Source of the DNA: Phycisphaerae bacterium
GTDB taxonomy: Bacteria > Planctomycetota > Phycisphaerae > UBA1845 > Fen-1342
Reading direction: 5' to 3'
Length of the DNA: 64,000 nt
NCBI GenBank assembly: GCA_050115495.1
Contig: JASFQK010000021.1
Location: 1-64,000 of the forward strand
Shown: piece by piece, positions 20,779-29,308 of the stretch
How the letters are laid out: each line of letters opens with the position of its first letter
How positions within the stretch are numbered: the first letter of the stretch is position 1
The notes under the pieces: generated by a model
What the model was told of the DNA's origin: nothing
The model's input: only the letters and a program-made list of their open reading frames with translations
Database searches by the model: none
Translations under genes and position numbers: made by a program

Positions 20779-21672
20779 CTACAGGTACTCCTTCACGTAC
20801 TCCGTCAGTTTGCGGGTGGCCTCTTTCTCGATCTGGCGGACGCGCTCGCGGGTCAGGCCGACCGTCTCGCCGATCTCCTTGAGCGTCATGCGCTTGCCGT
20901 CGCGGTTGCTCAGCCCGTAACGCAGCTTGAGCACCAGCGCCTCGCGCTCTGTTATGCGCGAGAGCATCCGGCTGACGAAGTCGGCGTCAGACTCTGAGAA
21001 GACCGCCTCGAACGGCGGCGGCGTCCGCGGGTCGGGCAGCGACTCGGTCAGCGGCGTTTCGCCGTCGCCGCTGGCGTCCTGCGTCCGGCTGGCGCACGCC
21101 CGAATGGCCTGGGCGATGGCTCCGGCCTTGCGCGGCGTGATCTCCATATGCTCGGCGAGCTCGTTCATGGACGGCTGCCGCCCGAGCCGGGCCTCGAGCT
21201 CGCGCATGGCCAGCCGCATGTGGCCGATCTGCTCGATGAGGTAGCTCGGGATGTGGATCATCTGCGAGGCGTTCTGGACCGCCCGGCGGATGGCCTGATC
21301 GATCCAGTAGCCGGCGTAGGTGCTGAAGCGCGAGCCGACGGTCGGGTCAAAGCGATCAATCGCATTCATCAGGCCCACGTTGCCCTCGTTGACGAGGTCT
21401 TCCATGGGCAGACCGCGGTTGCGGAAGTGCTTGGCAACGCTGATGACCAGCCGCAGGTTGGCCTGGGCCAGCCGCTCGCGGGCCTGGGCGGCGAGTTGCA
21501 GCGCCCGCTCTCGGTCCTCGAGCGTCATCTCCCCACGGGCGCAGCGTTCGTCCGCCTCGGCCGCTTCGCGGATCTGGGTACCGAGCTCGCGCTCCTCCTC
21601 CGGGGTCAGCAGCGCGTACTTCTTGATCTGCTTGAGATACTCACCCAAGGCCGAGTCGAGTCTTGCGCCCAT
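20779..21672 (-). CDS. Sigma-70 family RNA polymerase sigma factor (RpoD/RpoS-like, lacking region 1.1)
   Basis: ANLRLVISVAK, DLVNEGN.GL, RFSTYA.YWI.QAI, TLKEIG..VGLTRERVRQIE. Confidence 0.9.
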   Translation of the reverse strand: MGARLDSALGEYLKQIKKYALLTPEEERELGTQIREAAEADERCARGEMTLEDRERALQLAAQARERLAQANLRLVISVAKHFRNRGLPMEDLVNEGNVGLMNAIDRFDPTVGSRFSTYAGYWIDQAIRRAVQNASQMIHIPSYLIEQIGHMRLAMRELEARLGRQPSMNELAEHMEITPRKAGAIAQAIRACASRTQDASGDGETPLTESLPDPRTPPPFEAVFSESDADFVSRMLSRITEREALVLKLRYGLSNRDGKRMTLKEIGETVGLTRERVRQIEKEATRKLTEYVKEYL

Positions 21673-21828
21673 CCGCTCTTCGCCGCCTCACCACGCCGAT
21701 ATCGAATCCGTCAGGGCGCGAAAACCGCGACCTGTACGTCGCACACACGGACAACTATCTGCGGGTTGCCCCGCGGGATTCAGTACCTTCGGATGATAGC
21801 GAACCGGGCGCGCCGCGGCCAGTAATTA

Positions 21829-22431
21829 TCAGTCGCGACTCGGTCCGAAAACATCATCGTCGAGTCCGATCCGACGCAGAAGGCGTGTCAAACGCTCAAT
21901 CGGCAAGCCAACCACGTTGAAGAAACTGCCCTCGATTCGCTCGACCAGTCGATCACCGACATCCTGGATCCCGTAGGCCCCGGCTTTGCCGGCCCAGTCG
22001 CCGCCGGCGACGTACGCCGCCAGTTCTGCCGGATCGTCGCGCATCCAGACGCGCGTAACTTCCGCAACGACAATCCGTTCTTTGCGTTCCAGGTGCACCA
22101 GGCTTAACCCGGTGATCACATCGCTCTCACGGCCGGCCTGCCACCGCAGCATCTCGCCGGCGTCGCCGGCGTCCTGCGGCTTGCCCAGCAGCCGGCCGCC
22201 GCAGGCGACCACCGTATCCGCTCCCAGGACCCAGTTATCCGGGCAGTTGTCGGCGACGGCGCGGGCTTTGAAATAGCTGAGGGCTGCGGCCCAGTGTTGC
22301 GGGCTGACGCCGGCTGGCTTGTTCTGCGGTTCGGCATGCGGGCACGGCCGCGTGTCGAATTCCGGCAAGATGCCGCGCAGCAGCTCCTGCCGCCGCGGGC
22401 TAGCCGACGCCAGAATCAACCGCTTCGCCAT
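21829..22431 (-). CDS. maf: Maf-family nucleoside triphosphate pyrophosphatase
   Basis: ILASASPRR.ELL, GADTVV, GKP, KAGAYGIQ, NVVGLP. Confidence 0.9.
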   Translation of the reverse strand: MAKRLILASASPRRQELLRGILPEFDTRPCPHAEPQNKPAGVSPQHWAAALSYFKARAVADNCPDNWVLGADTVVACGGRLLGKPQDAGDAGEMLRWQAGRESDVITGLSLVHLERKERIVVAEVTRVWMRDDPAELAAYVAGGDWAGKAGAYGIQDVGDRLVERIEGSFFNVVGLPIERLTRLLRRIGLDDDVFGPSRD

Positions 22432-22515
22432 CGCACACACCATCCGCCGCACCGGGATCGCAGTCTTGAATCGGCAGTCTCAACACTCCGCTCGACGGGC
22501 GCGATCCGCCGCCGC

Positions 22516-22637
22516 CGCCTCTCTGCCTCTTTGCCTCTTTGCCTTTCCTGCCTCGTTGCCTGGTTGCCTCGTTGCCTGGCTACCCCGAGGACAGTCGAAG
22601 GGGCCGCCTCTTTGCCTTCCTGCCTCGTTGCCTTCTT
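22516..22637. repeat. Degenerate 8-mer tandem repeat (ttgcctc-like) in divergent promoter region
   Basis: gcctctct gcctcttt gcctcttt ... gcctcgtt gcctggtt gcctcgtt in two blocks. Confidence 0.7.
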
Positions 22638-22680
22638 TCACACTTGACCACCGCCGCACCCGCCAATTAGAAAACCCCCG

Positions 22681-23580
22681 ATGGCACGCGTCAAAAGGTC
22701 CTCCGATCGGCGTCGGCACTGCTTCGGCGCGCACCTGTCCGTCGCCGGCGGGCTGCACCTCGCGATCGTCCGGGCCCGCGAGATCGGCTTCGACACCGTC
22801 CAGGTCTTCGTGAAGAACCAGCGGCAGTGGCAGGCCCCGCCGCTCGACCCCGACGAGCAGGCCCGCTGGCTCGATGCCCTCGCCGCCGGCGATTTCGGCC
22901 CGCCCATCGCCCACGCGTCGTACCTGGTCAACCTCGCGTCGCCGAACCGGACACTGCTCGCCCGCAGCCGGGCGGCGTTCGCCGACGAATTGCAGCGCTG
23001 CGACGCCCTGCGCATTCCGTGGCTCGTCGTGCACCCCGGGTCGGCGACGGGCTCCTCGCCGACGGCGGCCCTCGCTCGCGTCGCCCGCACGCTCAACCGT
23101 ATCTTCGACCGGCTACCGGGCCTGCACACCGGCGTACTGCTCGAAACCACCGCCGGCCAGGGTACGTCCCTCGGGCGCAGTTTCGCGGAATTGGGCGAGA
23201 TTCTGGCACATGTCGAACAGCCCGACCGCGTCGGCGTCTGCCTCGACACCTGCCACCTCTTCGCCGCCGGCTACGACCTGCGCGAACCGTCGGCCTATTC
23301 GGCGATGGTCGCCGAAGCCGACCGGGAAGTCGGGCTCGGGCGGGTGCGGTGCTGGCATTTGAATGACTGCAAGGGTGCGTGCGGCTCGCACCTCGACCGC
23401 CACGACCACATCGGCCGCGGCCAGATCGGCAACCGCGGCTTCACCAACCTGCTCACCGACCCCCGCTTCGCCGGCGTTCCCATGATCCTCGAAACGCCCA
23501 AAGGCGAAACCCCCGCCGGCCGCGACTTCGACGCGCTGAACCTGTCCCGCCTGCGGCGATTGGCGAAGCAAGCGAGGTGA
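22681..23580 (+). CDS. nfo: Endonuclease IV (AP endonuclease)
   Basis: GAHLSVAGG, HASYLVNLAS, VHPG, LETTAGQG, CLDTCH, HLND, DRHDHIG.G, ILETP. Confidence 0.95.
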   Translation: MARVKRSSDRRRHCFGAHLSVAGGLHLAIVRAREIGFDTVQVFVKNQRQWQAPPLDPDEQARWLDALAAGDFGPPIAHASYLVNLASPNRTLLARSRAAFADELQRCDALRIPWLVVHPGSATGSSPTAALARVARTLNRIFDRLPGLHTGVLLETTAGQGTSLGRSFAELGEILAHVEQPDRVGVCLDTCHLFAAGYDLREPSAYSAMVAEADREVGLGRVRCWHLNDCKGACGSHLDRHDHIGRGQIGNRGFTNLLTDPRFAGVPMILETPKGETPAGRDFDALNLSRLRRLAKQAR

Positions 23581-23592
23581 GAGAAACGCGCG

Positions 23593-23664
23593 TAGCGGCC
23601 GGTCTCCGTACCAAACGTGTAGCGCCGGCCCCCCGTGGCCGACGTCTTCGCGAAGCCGTCAGCC
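23593..23664 (+). repeat. Outer inverted repeat, left copy (72 bp, REP-based)
   Basis: Reverse complement of 29169-29240 with 2 mismatches. Confidence 0.9.
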
Positions 23665-23713
23665 ATCAGCCGTCAGCCGTCAGCAAGAAGCCATGAGCCG
23701 TGAGCCGTGAGCC
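23657..23713. repeat. 7-mer tandem repeats (cgtcagc / gtgagcc)
   Basis: cgtcagc catcagc cgtcagc cgtcagc ... atgagcc gtgagcc gtgagcc. Confidence 0.7.
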
Positions 23714-23751
23714 GGAGCAGTCGTTTCCCGGCCTACGGCGCCGCTCCGACT

Positions 23752-24040
23752 GCTGGTGTCTCTTCGCCGCGGAACCCGCCCCGTCTCTCGCGTCGCCGCG
23801 TTCGTTCGCCAGTGTGGCACCTGCCAATGGCTGGTGATTCCCACCGCCGTGAAGCAACCGTATGGTTTCGTCACCTGTTCCACTGCTCCACGGTTCACCT
23901 GCTCTCGCGCAGCGCAGCCCGCGCAGCGGGCGACGGACTCTAGCCCCGGGTGAGCGATCGGCCGCCCGCCGGCCGATCGCGCAACCCGGGGTCAACGCCC
24001 ACCCCCTGCCCCCCCAAGCCCCCGAAGGGGGCGGCGGAAA
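23752..24040 (+). repeat. Inner long inverted repeat, left copy (~290 bp)
   Basis: Colinear with the reverse complement of 26583-26867, including a perfect 38-nt block 23915-23952 / 26667-26704. Confidence 0.9.
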
Positions 24041-24310
24041 GAGCTGCCGTAGCGTCTCCCGGCGCGCAGCGCAACCCCTGGCGCAATCGCTCCCCCGACC
24101 TTGCCTCCGCGCAGCGCTTGCCAGATGTCACGATCGGCGTGACCCGCTATAATGCCAAGTTGTGTTCTGTGCCCGCTCATTTGCGTGGCTTGCTCAGTCC
24201 TCTATGCGGGGTGAACTCGCAGCGCATGCATGTGGGCGCTGCCCGTGCAGAACGAAGGTCACGGCGAGAGGTGACAGCACGAGACTCCTCCCCCACGGAG
24301 GCAGCGCACG

Positions 24311-24844
24311 ATGATCCCATGGCTCGCCACGTTCTTTGCCGGGGGTGCCGCGTACAACTCGGTGGTGCTCGTCATCAGCGTGCTTGGAGTTGCGCTCGGC
24401 GCCTGGGCGCTTTGTTTGGCCTACGGGCAATTGAAACGTGTCGAACTCGCGTCAACCGCGGCAAAGGATGCTGCCGAGGGTGCGCGAGCGCGCCTTCAGG
24501 CAGTAAGTAGCCTGGTCGATCTCAACGAACTCGCAGCCCATGCCCGCGAATTGAGCTTCGCGTTGCGCACGGGCGATATCCAGGCCGCCGCGTTTCGAGC
24601 GTTTGACTCGCGGTCGGCAGTGAGAAGGGCGCGCGTGCAGTGCGTACGATCGGACGGGAGCGGCGACAGACAATGGCAGGAGTTGGTCGGCAGGATCGTC
24701 AGCCTGCACGAGGCGCTACAGAAAAGCACCTGCTCCAAGAACGCTCCCCTTGACCACGGACGAGTGACCAAGCTGGCGAACAAACTGGCGGACACGCTGG
24801 GCGACTTCGTTGCCAAGGCAGCCCAGAAGCTCGGAGAGAACTGA
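24311..24844 (+). CDS. Hypothetical membrane-anchored helical protein
   Basis: RBS ggagg; N-terminal TM helix; TGATG overlap with next gene. Confidence 0.65.
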   Translation: MIPWLATFFAGGAAYNSVVLVISVLGVALGAWALCLAYGQLKRVELASTAAKDAAEGARARLQAVSSLVDLNELAAHARELSFALRTGDIQAAAFRAFDSRSAVRRARVQCVRSDGSGDRQWQELVGRIVSLHEALQKSTCSKNAPLDHGRVTKLANKLADTLGDFVAKAAQKLGEN

Positions 24845-25179
24845 TGGCGATAAGAGACGACCTGAAGGGTTTTGTCGAAATGGTTCGTCGCTCGACCGAC
24901 GAGGGCCGGATACCGTGGCAGGAGGGGGCCTCTGACGACGAATTCCTTGCTGGCATGAGTGGCGGCTCCCTTAGCATCATCCGATGGAGGAATCATGACG
25001 ACGATTCCGACATGTACCGCCTCTCGATCTTGAATGCGGAAGGCAAGTTGGCGGACACCGTCGTCTCCAGCGATTGGCTGGCGGGATACGCCACACTGAA
25101 GGCGATACTCGATGGCGCTCGCCGAACAGCCCGCAACGCAGACGATGTAATGCGCCAGATGATGGAAGACTTGAAGTAG
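24844..25179 (+). CDS. Hypothetical protein (111 aa)
   Basis: Translationally coupled; RBS ggag; globular composition. Confidence 0.7.
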   Translation: MAIRDDLKGFVEMVRRSTDEGRIPWQEGASDDEFLAGMSGGSLSIIRWRNHDDDSDMYRLSILNAEGKLADTVVSSDWLAGYATLKAILDGARRTARNADDVMRQMMEDLK

Positions 25180-25331
25180 GCCACGCTAGTTCCGCTTGCC
25201 AGCCGCGCGAGGCAGTACGTGCTGAGGCTGCCGTAGACCGACAAAGACGTGTGGCACGCGAATCGCCGTTCACGATCGACACTGCTTGCCGTGGCGATGA
25301 AACCGCAGCAGCTCACGGAGGAGAGACGACA

Positions 25332-26498
25332 ATGTCTGTGGCACAGAAACCCGCTGTATTCGTGAGCTCGACATGCTACGACCTCAAGCAAGTTCGCGAG
25401 AACCTGCGTGAGTTCATCGCGGGGGCCGGCTACGATCCGATGTTGTCGGAGCACGACTCGTTTCCCGTGGATCCCTCCACCGACGTGATCGAGAACTGCC
25501 GCAAGGCAGTTGGCGCACATGCCGACATCTTTGTGCTAATCGTGGGGAACCGACACGGATCGGTCGCAGAGTGCGGGCGCTCAATCACGAACATCGAGTA
25601 TCTCGCCGCACGCGCCAGGGGGCTCCCCATCTATGTATTCGTGCTGCGCTCCGTGCTTGACGCTTTCCGCACCTGGAAGAAGGCCCCTGAAAACCGGTTC
25701 CCCGACATCGAGTCGCCCGAAGTCTTTGAGTTCATTGACTCAGTCCAGTCGGCAGGCCACGCGTGGATTCGCCCGTTTGACACTGCTCAGGACATAACAG
25801 GGGCGTTGCGCCGCCAGTGGGCTCATCTGTTCTGCGAGTGCCTGCACCTCTGGACAAAATCCAACGACAGCCCGCTTGAGGGATTACCCACAGACATCAG
25901 CCTCGGAGCGTGGCGGCTGAGCATCGAGCGCCCACGTGCGTGGGAGATCCGGCTGCTCGATCGTGTGTTGCGCGATAAATTGACCGAAGCGCAGGAGGCG
26001 AAGTGGGACCTCCAGAATGGTCTCTCGCTCGGTCCCCGGCAACGTCAAGAACGAAAGCAGGTCATGGATTGGGTCATGACGCAGTTCGCGGAGCTCGTGG
26101 ACACGGTGCGCGCACTGGACAAGCTACTGAACACCACATGGCCAGAAGCGGCCGCGGCTGGCAATCCCCGGAAGATCATCTATGTCGCCAAGCGGGTGGG
26201 TGACATCTACCGGACGGCGATCGACTGGTCCCTGCAGTTCCGGAGAGTCCACGTCGATGATGACTTCCGCCGGCTGCTTGGCACCGCCTCCCGGGCGTCG
26301 TGCAGTTGCGTCGACGTGATCGAAGCTCTGAGCACGCAGATTTCTCATGCCGTGAAGCAAACTCTCGACACTCCAATCAAGGAGGGCGAGACTGTGAGTC
26401 CGACGATCAGGGTACGGCTGGATTTTCCGGCTGGCCTGATGGAGGAACTTGAAGAGGAAACAGTGCGCGTGGCCGCGCTGGGTTGCAACGAACCCTGA
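25332..26498 (+). CDS. DUF4062 domain-containing protein with unknown helical C-terminal domain
   Basis: VFVSSTCYDLKQVRE.L, C...V...ADIFVLIVG.RHGS, SITNIEY..A; RBS ggagg. Confidence 0.8.
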   Translation: MSVAQKPAVFVSSTCYDLKQVRENLREFIAGAGYDPMLSEHDSFPVDPSTDVIENCRKAVGAHADIFVLIVGNRHGSVAECGRSITNIEYLAARARGLPIYVFVLRSVLDAFRTWKKAPENRFPDIESPEVFEFIDSVQSAGHAWIRPFDTAQDITGALRRQWAHLFCECLHLWTKSNDSPLEGLPTDISLGAWRLSIERPRAWEIRLLDRVLRDKLTEAQEAKWDLQNGLSLGPRQRQERKQVMDWVMTQFAELVDTVRALDKLLNTTWPEAAAAGNPRKIIYVAKRVGDIYRTAIDWSLQFRRVHVDDDFRRLLGTASRASCSCVDVIEALSTQISHAVKQTLDTPIKEGETVSPTIRVRLDFPAGLMEELEEETVRVAALGCNEP

Positions 26499-26582
26499 AG
26501 GGGCCATCTGGGATCGGCTGGCAGAAGAGGAGATTCCCCGCGTTCGACGGCCGACACGGGGGGTCGGCTGCTACACGCTTCC

Positions 26583-26867
26583 TTCCTCCGCCCCCTTCGG
26601 GGGCTTGGGGGTGAGGGCGGGACGGGTCCCCGGGTTGCGCTGGCCCGCTCAGCGCGGGCGGCGCTGCACCCGGGGCTAGAGTCCGTCGCCCGCTGCGCGG
26701 GCTGTGCTGCGCGGGAGCAGGTGAACCGTGGAGCAGGTGAGCAGGTGACGCAACCGTGCGGCTGCTCCACGGCGGGTGGGACCACCAGCCATTGGCAGGT
26801 GCCACACCAGGGAACAAAGGCGGCGACGCGAGAGACGGGGCGGGTTCCGTGGCGAAGAGACACCAGC
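26583..26867 (-). repeat. Inner long inverted repeat, right copy
   Basis: Reverse complement of 23752-24040. Confidence 0.9.
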
Positions 26868-26900
26868 GATCGGGGCAGGGTCGCAGGCTGGAATCCACAG

Positions 26901-26968
26901 GTGGGGCGGGCCGTGCCCGCCGGGTGCGCTCGGATGAATCCGCGACTGGCGGGCGCGGCCCGCCCTAC
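26901..26968. repeat. REP inverted doublet
   Basis: gtggggcgggccgtgcccgcc ... ggcgggcgcggcccgccctac. Confidence 0.7.
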
Positions 26969-27687
26969 GTGTGTCCGTTCTCACGTTTGTGGCGTGTCGG
27001 TTTCTCGGCAGAGGTGGGCGCTGGGGCAGGTTGTCGCCGGGGCAGGAGGGTGGCGAGGAGGCGGGAGAGCCAGGAGCGTGGCGGCGGCTGGGGGTGGTTG
27101 GCGGGGTGTGGTGGCGGTTGGCGGCCGTTCTGCTTCCAGATCGTGTAACGCTGTGTGAAGTGCTGGCCGACGATGAAGACGATTCGCCGAGCCAGGCGGG
27201 TCCAGGCGTCGTCGGTTACGCCGTAGTGGCTGCCCCTGGCGCTGGCCATGCTGTAGACGTATTGCAGGAGATCGTTTTCGTCGATGTCGATGAAGCCGGC
27301 GTCCATCAAGCAGCGACGGTGCGTGCGAAACGTGTTGCCGCTCTGGATGCGTTCGCGGAGGCTAAGACTGGTGCTATCGATCACGTCGCGGCGGATGGTG
27401 CAGGCGATGCTGACGATGAGAGCTTCGAGGGCGGAACGGGCCTCGTTGATGGCGGCGTGTCCGTAGCCGTCGGCGGCGGTGGCGTCGGATTGGTGGAGGT
27501 GGTAGGCCATCGTTCGCAGGTCGAGTTCGGGGTGTGGTTGGAGGTCGTGGAGCAACGCCGTCAGGGCGAAGGTGCCCGTTTCGGTCGGCGTAGGACCGGG
27601 CGTTTCCGGCGTGGCACCGCCGGCGGGCACGGCCCGCCCTGCAGTGGCTTCGGCGAACGCGTCAGGTTCCATGTAACCCTCGTTCAC
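26965..27687 (-). CDS. Hypothetical protein, HEPN/Abi-C-like helical domain
   Basis: GTG start overlapping upstream TGA (GTGA) with RBS gaggt; AAINEARSALEAL...Y.MAS.RGSH pattern reminiscent of HEPN-fold proteins. Confidence 0.55.
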   Translation of the reverse strand: MNEGYMEPDAFAEATAGRAVPAGGATPETPGPTPTETGTFALTALLHDLQPHPELDLRTMAYHLHQSDATAADGYGHAAINEARSALEALIVSIACTIRRDVIDSTSLSLRERIQSGNTFRTHRRCLMDAGFIDIDENDLLQYVYSMASARGSHYGVTDDAWTRLARRIVFIVGQHFTQRYTIWKQNGRQPPPHPANHPQPPPRSWLSRLLATLLPRRQPAPAPTSAEKPTRHKRENGHT

Positions 27688-28052
27688 CTCGGTGACCTCT
27701 TCCGAGTTGTGGACCGAGTGCCGGCACTCGGTTTGGGCTTGCCGGCCGGCTTCTCTTTGCGCGCCGTCGCCGCGCGCCGCCGCCGGCGGTGACACTGCTT
27801 GACGCGCTCCATGGCCGGGGCGTTGAGCAGGAGGCCGAGGCATTCGGCGATGATGCTGAAGAGCGTGTCGCGGTTGGCCTCTTGCAGCGTGCGTTCGAGG
27901 TGGGCAGGCAATTCGTGGTAACGCAGCCCCTCGTCTCCGATGACCTCTGTAAGGGCAATCAGGGCGCCGATGAAGCGTTTGTCGCTGAGCGGCAGGGCCT
28001 TCCACATCGCCCGAAACGCCTCTTCGTCCAGCTTCGGCGTCTTGGCCATCAC
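27684..28052 (-). CDS. Hypothetical protein (122 aa, basic C-terminal tail)
   Basis: RBS aaggag; helical; coupled to downstream gene. Confidence 0.65.
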   Translation of the reverse strand: MMAKTPKLDEEAFRAMWKALPLSDKRFIGALIALTEVIGDEGLRYHELPAHLERTLQEANRDTLFSIIAECLGLLLNAPAMERVKQCHRRRRRAATARKEKPAGKPKPSAGTRSTTRKRSPR

Positions 28053-28137
28053 GCGTTCTCCTTCCTACTGTCGGACGCCAATGTGCAGGGATGGCGACGC
28101 CGTTGGAGACGGCGGAACGTCGAAAGCTGATGGCACC

Positions 28138-28330
28138 AAAAGGAAACGGGCGCCACCCGATGCGCTAAAGGTCGCGTATGGGCCGTCAAGCCAACCGCGC
28201 GACCCCGCGCACCGGGCAGCGCCCGCATGATAAGCGCGGACACTGACGCGGGCGAGGCTGCTTGGCTGAGTTGGCACACGTAGCGCCCGTACCACGGGCG
28301 TGCAGACACGTGTGTTGACGGCCCATACAC
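28138..28330 (-). ncRNA. Structured leader RNA resembling phage C4/CI antisense-attenuator elements
   Basis: 19-bp stem closed by G-U pairs only on the minus strand, bulge, 7-bp stem, U-rich tail; apical sequence is complementary over 14 nt to 28315-28328. Confidence 0.55.
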
Positions 28331-28464
28331 CAAGGCGTATTTTGCCAGCGGCGGATCACTCTTCTTGCCGCTGCTTGGCTGTGTGGATCGGCGGCCGGTC
28401 GAGAGCCGGCTCCGGATCATCGCTCTTTGGATAGTGTCGCACATGGATGGGCGAAAGTCAATGG

Positions 28465-28487
28465 AAAGTGATTATATAAGTCACTTT
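28465..28487. promoter_or_regulatory. Palindromic operator between divergent genes
   Basis: aaagtga-N9-tcacttt, AT-rich, 20 bp upstream of the HTH gene. Confidence 0.6.
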
Positions 28488-28507
28488 TTGTTTCTTCAGG
28501 ATCACTA

Positions 28508-28786
28508 ATGATTATCCTCAAACTCCGAGAGGCCATGGAGAGATACCGGCGAAGGACAGGCAAGCGCATGACGTATGAGCGCTTGGCAGAGCTTACAGGC
28601 ATCGCAAGAGGGACGTTACATCAGATGGGCAGGCGCCTGGATTATCATCCGACGCTCACCAACGTGGAGAAGTTGTGCGCTGCCCTGGAGAGCCCGCTCG
28701 ATGGAATGATCGAGATCGTTCCGGACCCGCCGAAGCCCAAGCCGAAGCGCCAGGCGAAGAGCCCCAAAGCCGCGAAGCGGCGATAG
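28508..28786 (+). CDS. Cro/CI-type XRE helix-turn-helix regulator
   Basis: MTYERLAELTGIARGTLHQM...PTLTNVEKLCAAL. Confidence 0.85.
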   Translation: MIILKLREAMERYRRRTGKRMTYERLAELTGIARGTLHQMGRRLDYHPTLTNVEKLCAALESPLDGMIEIVPDPPKPKPKRQAKSPKAAKRR

Positions 28787-29168
28787 TCAATAGCCCGGCG
28801 GCGTAAGCCCCGGGTACCCGTCCATAACCACTCCAATTCAGAGCCGCAGCGGGGCGACAGACTTCCCTATCGCCCCGCTGGGGCTCAATGAGGGGTACGT
28901 GGGTCTCGGTCCAAGGGCTCACACCCTTGGCTACTGACTGCCGCCGCGTTGCGGCGAGGAGCGCGGAGGCTGCGACGCGGCGATAGTCTTGCAGGCCGAG
29001 CCGTGCCCGCCGGCGGGTGGGTGCCGGGGGAATTGGCGGGAACGACCCGCCCCACGCGTCTCGCCAAGACGTCCGGCATCCCGGCGCGCCGGGCGACGGC
29101 GCCGGTCCCGTGGCGAACGAAAGACATGCCGGCGCCTTAGAGCTTCGGCATGCCACACGCCAGCTCAA
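28787..29168. repeat. BIME-like cluster of REP hairpins
   Basis: tagcccggcggcgtaagccccggg; cagcggggcga/tcgccccgctg; ccaagggctcacacccttgg; gccgtgcccgcc/ggcgggaacgacccgccccac; gacatgccgg..cggcatgccacac. Confidence 0.7.
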
Positions 29169-29240
29169 GGCTGACGGCTTCGCGAAGACGTCGGCCACGG
29201 GGGGCCGGCGCTACACGTCCGGTACGGAGACCGGCCGCTA
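29169..29240 (-). repeat. Outer inverted repeat, right copy (72 bp)
   Basis: Reverse complement of 23593-23664 with 2 mismatches. Confidence 0.9.
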
Positions 29241-29258
29241 TCGCCCAAGCATCCAAAT

Positions 29259-29300
29259 CACACTCATAGTGTGTAGACAGTATTACCACTAATGAGTGTG
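29259..29300. promoter_or_regulatory. C-box-like operator
   Basis: cacactcat...atgagtgtg inverted repeat containing ACTCATAGTG-TGTA-GAC, 8 bp upstream of the HTH start. Confidence 0.6.
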
Positions 29301-29308
29301 CTGTCAAG

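Noticed and set aside
23680..24180. Short ORFs here and at 26345-27158 that resemble each other
   Set aside because: They are translations of the long inverted repeats, not independent genes
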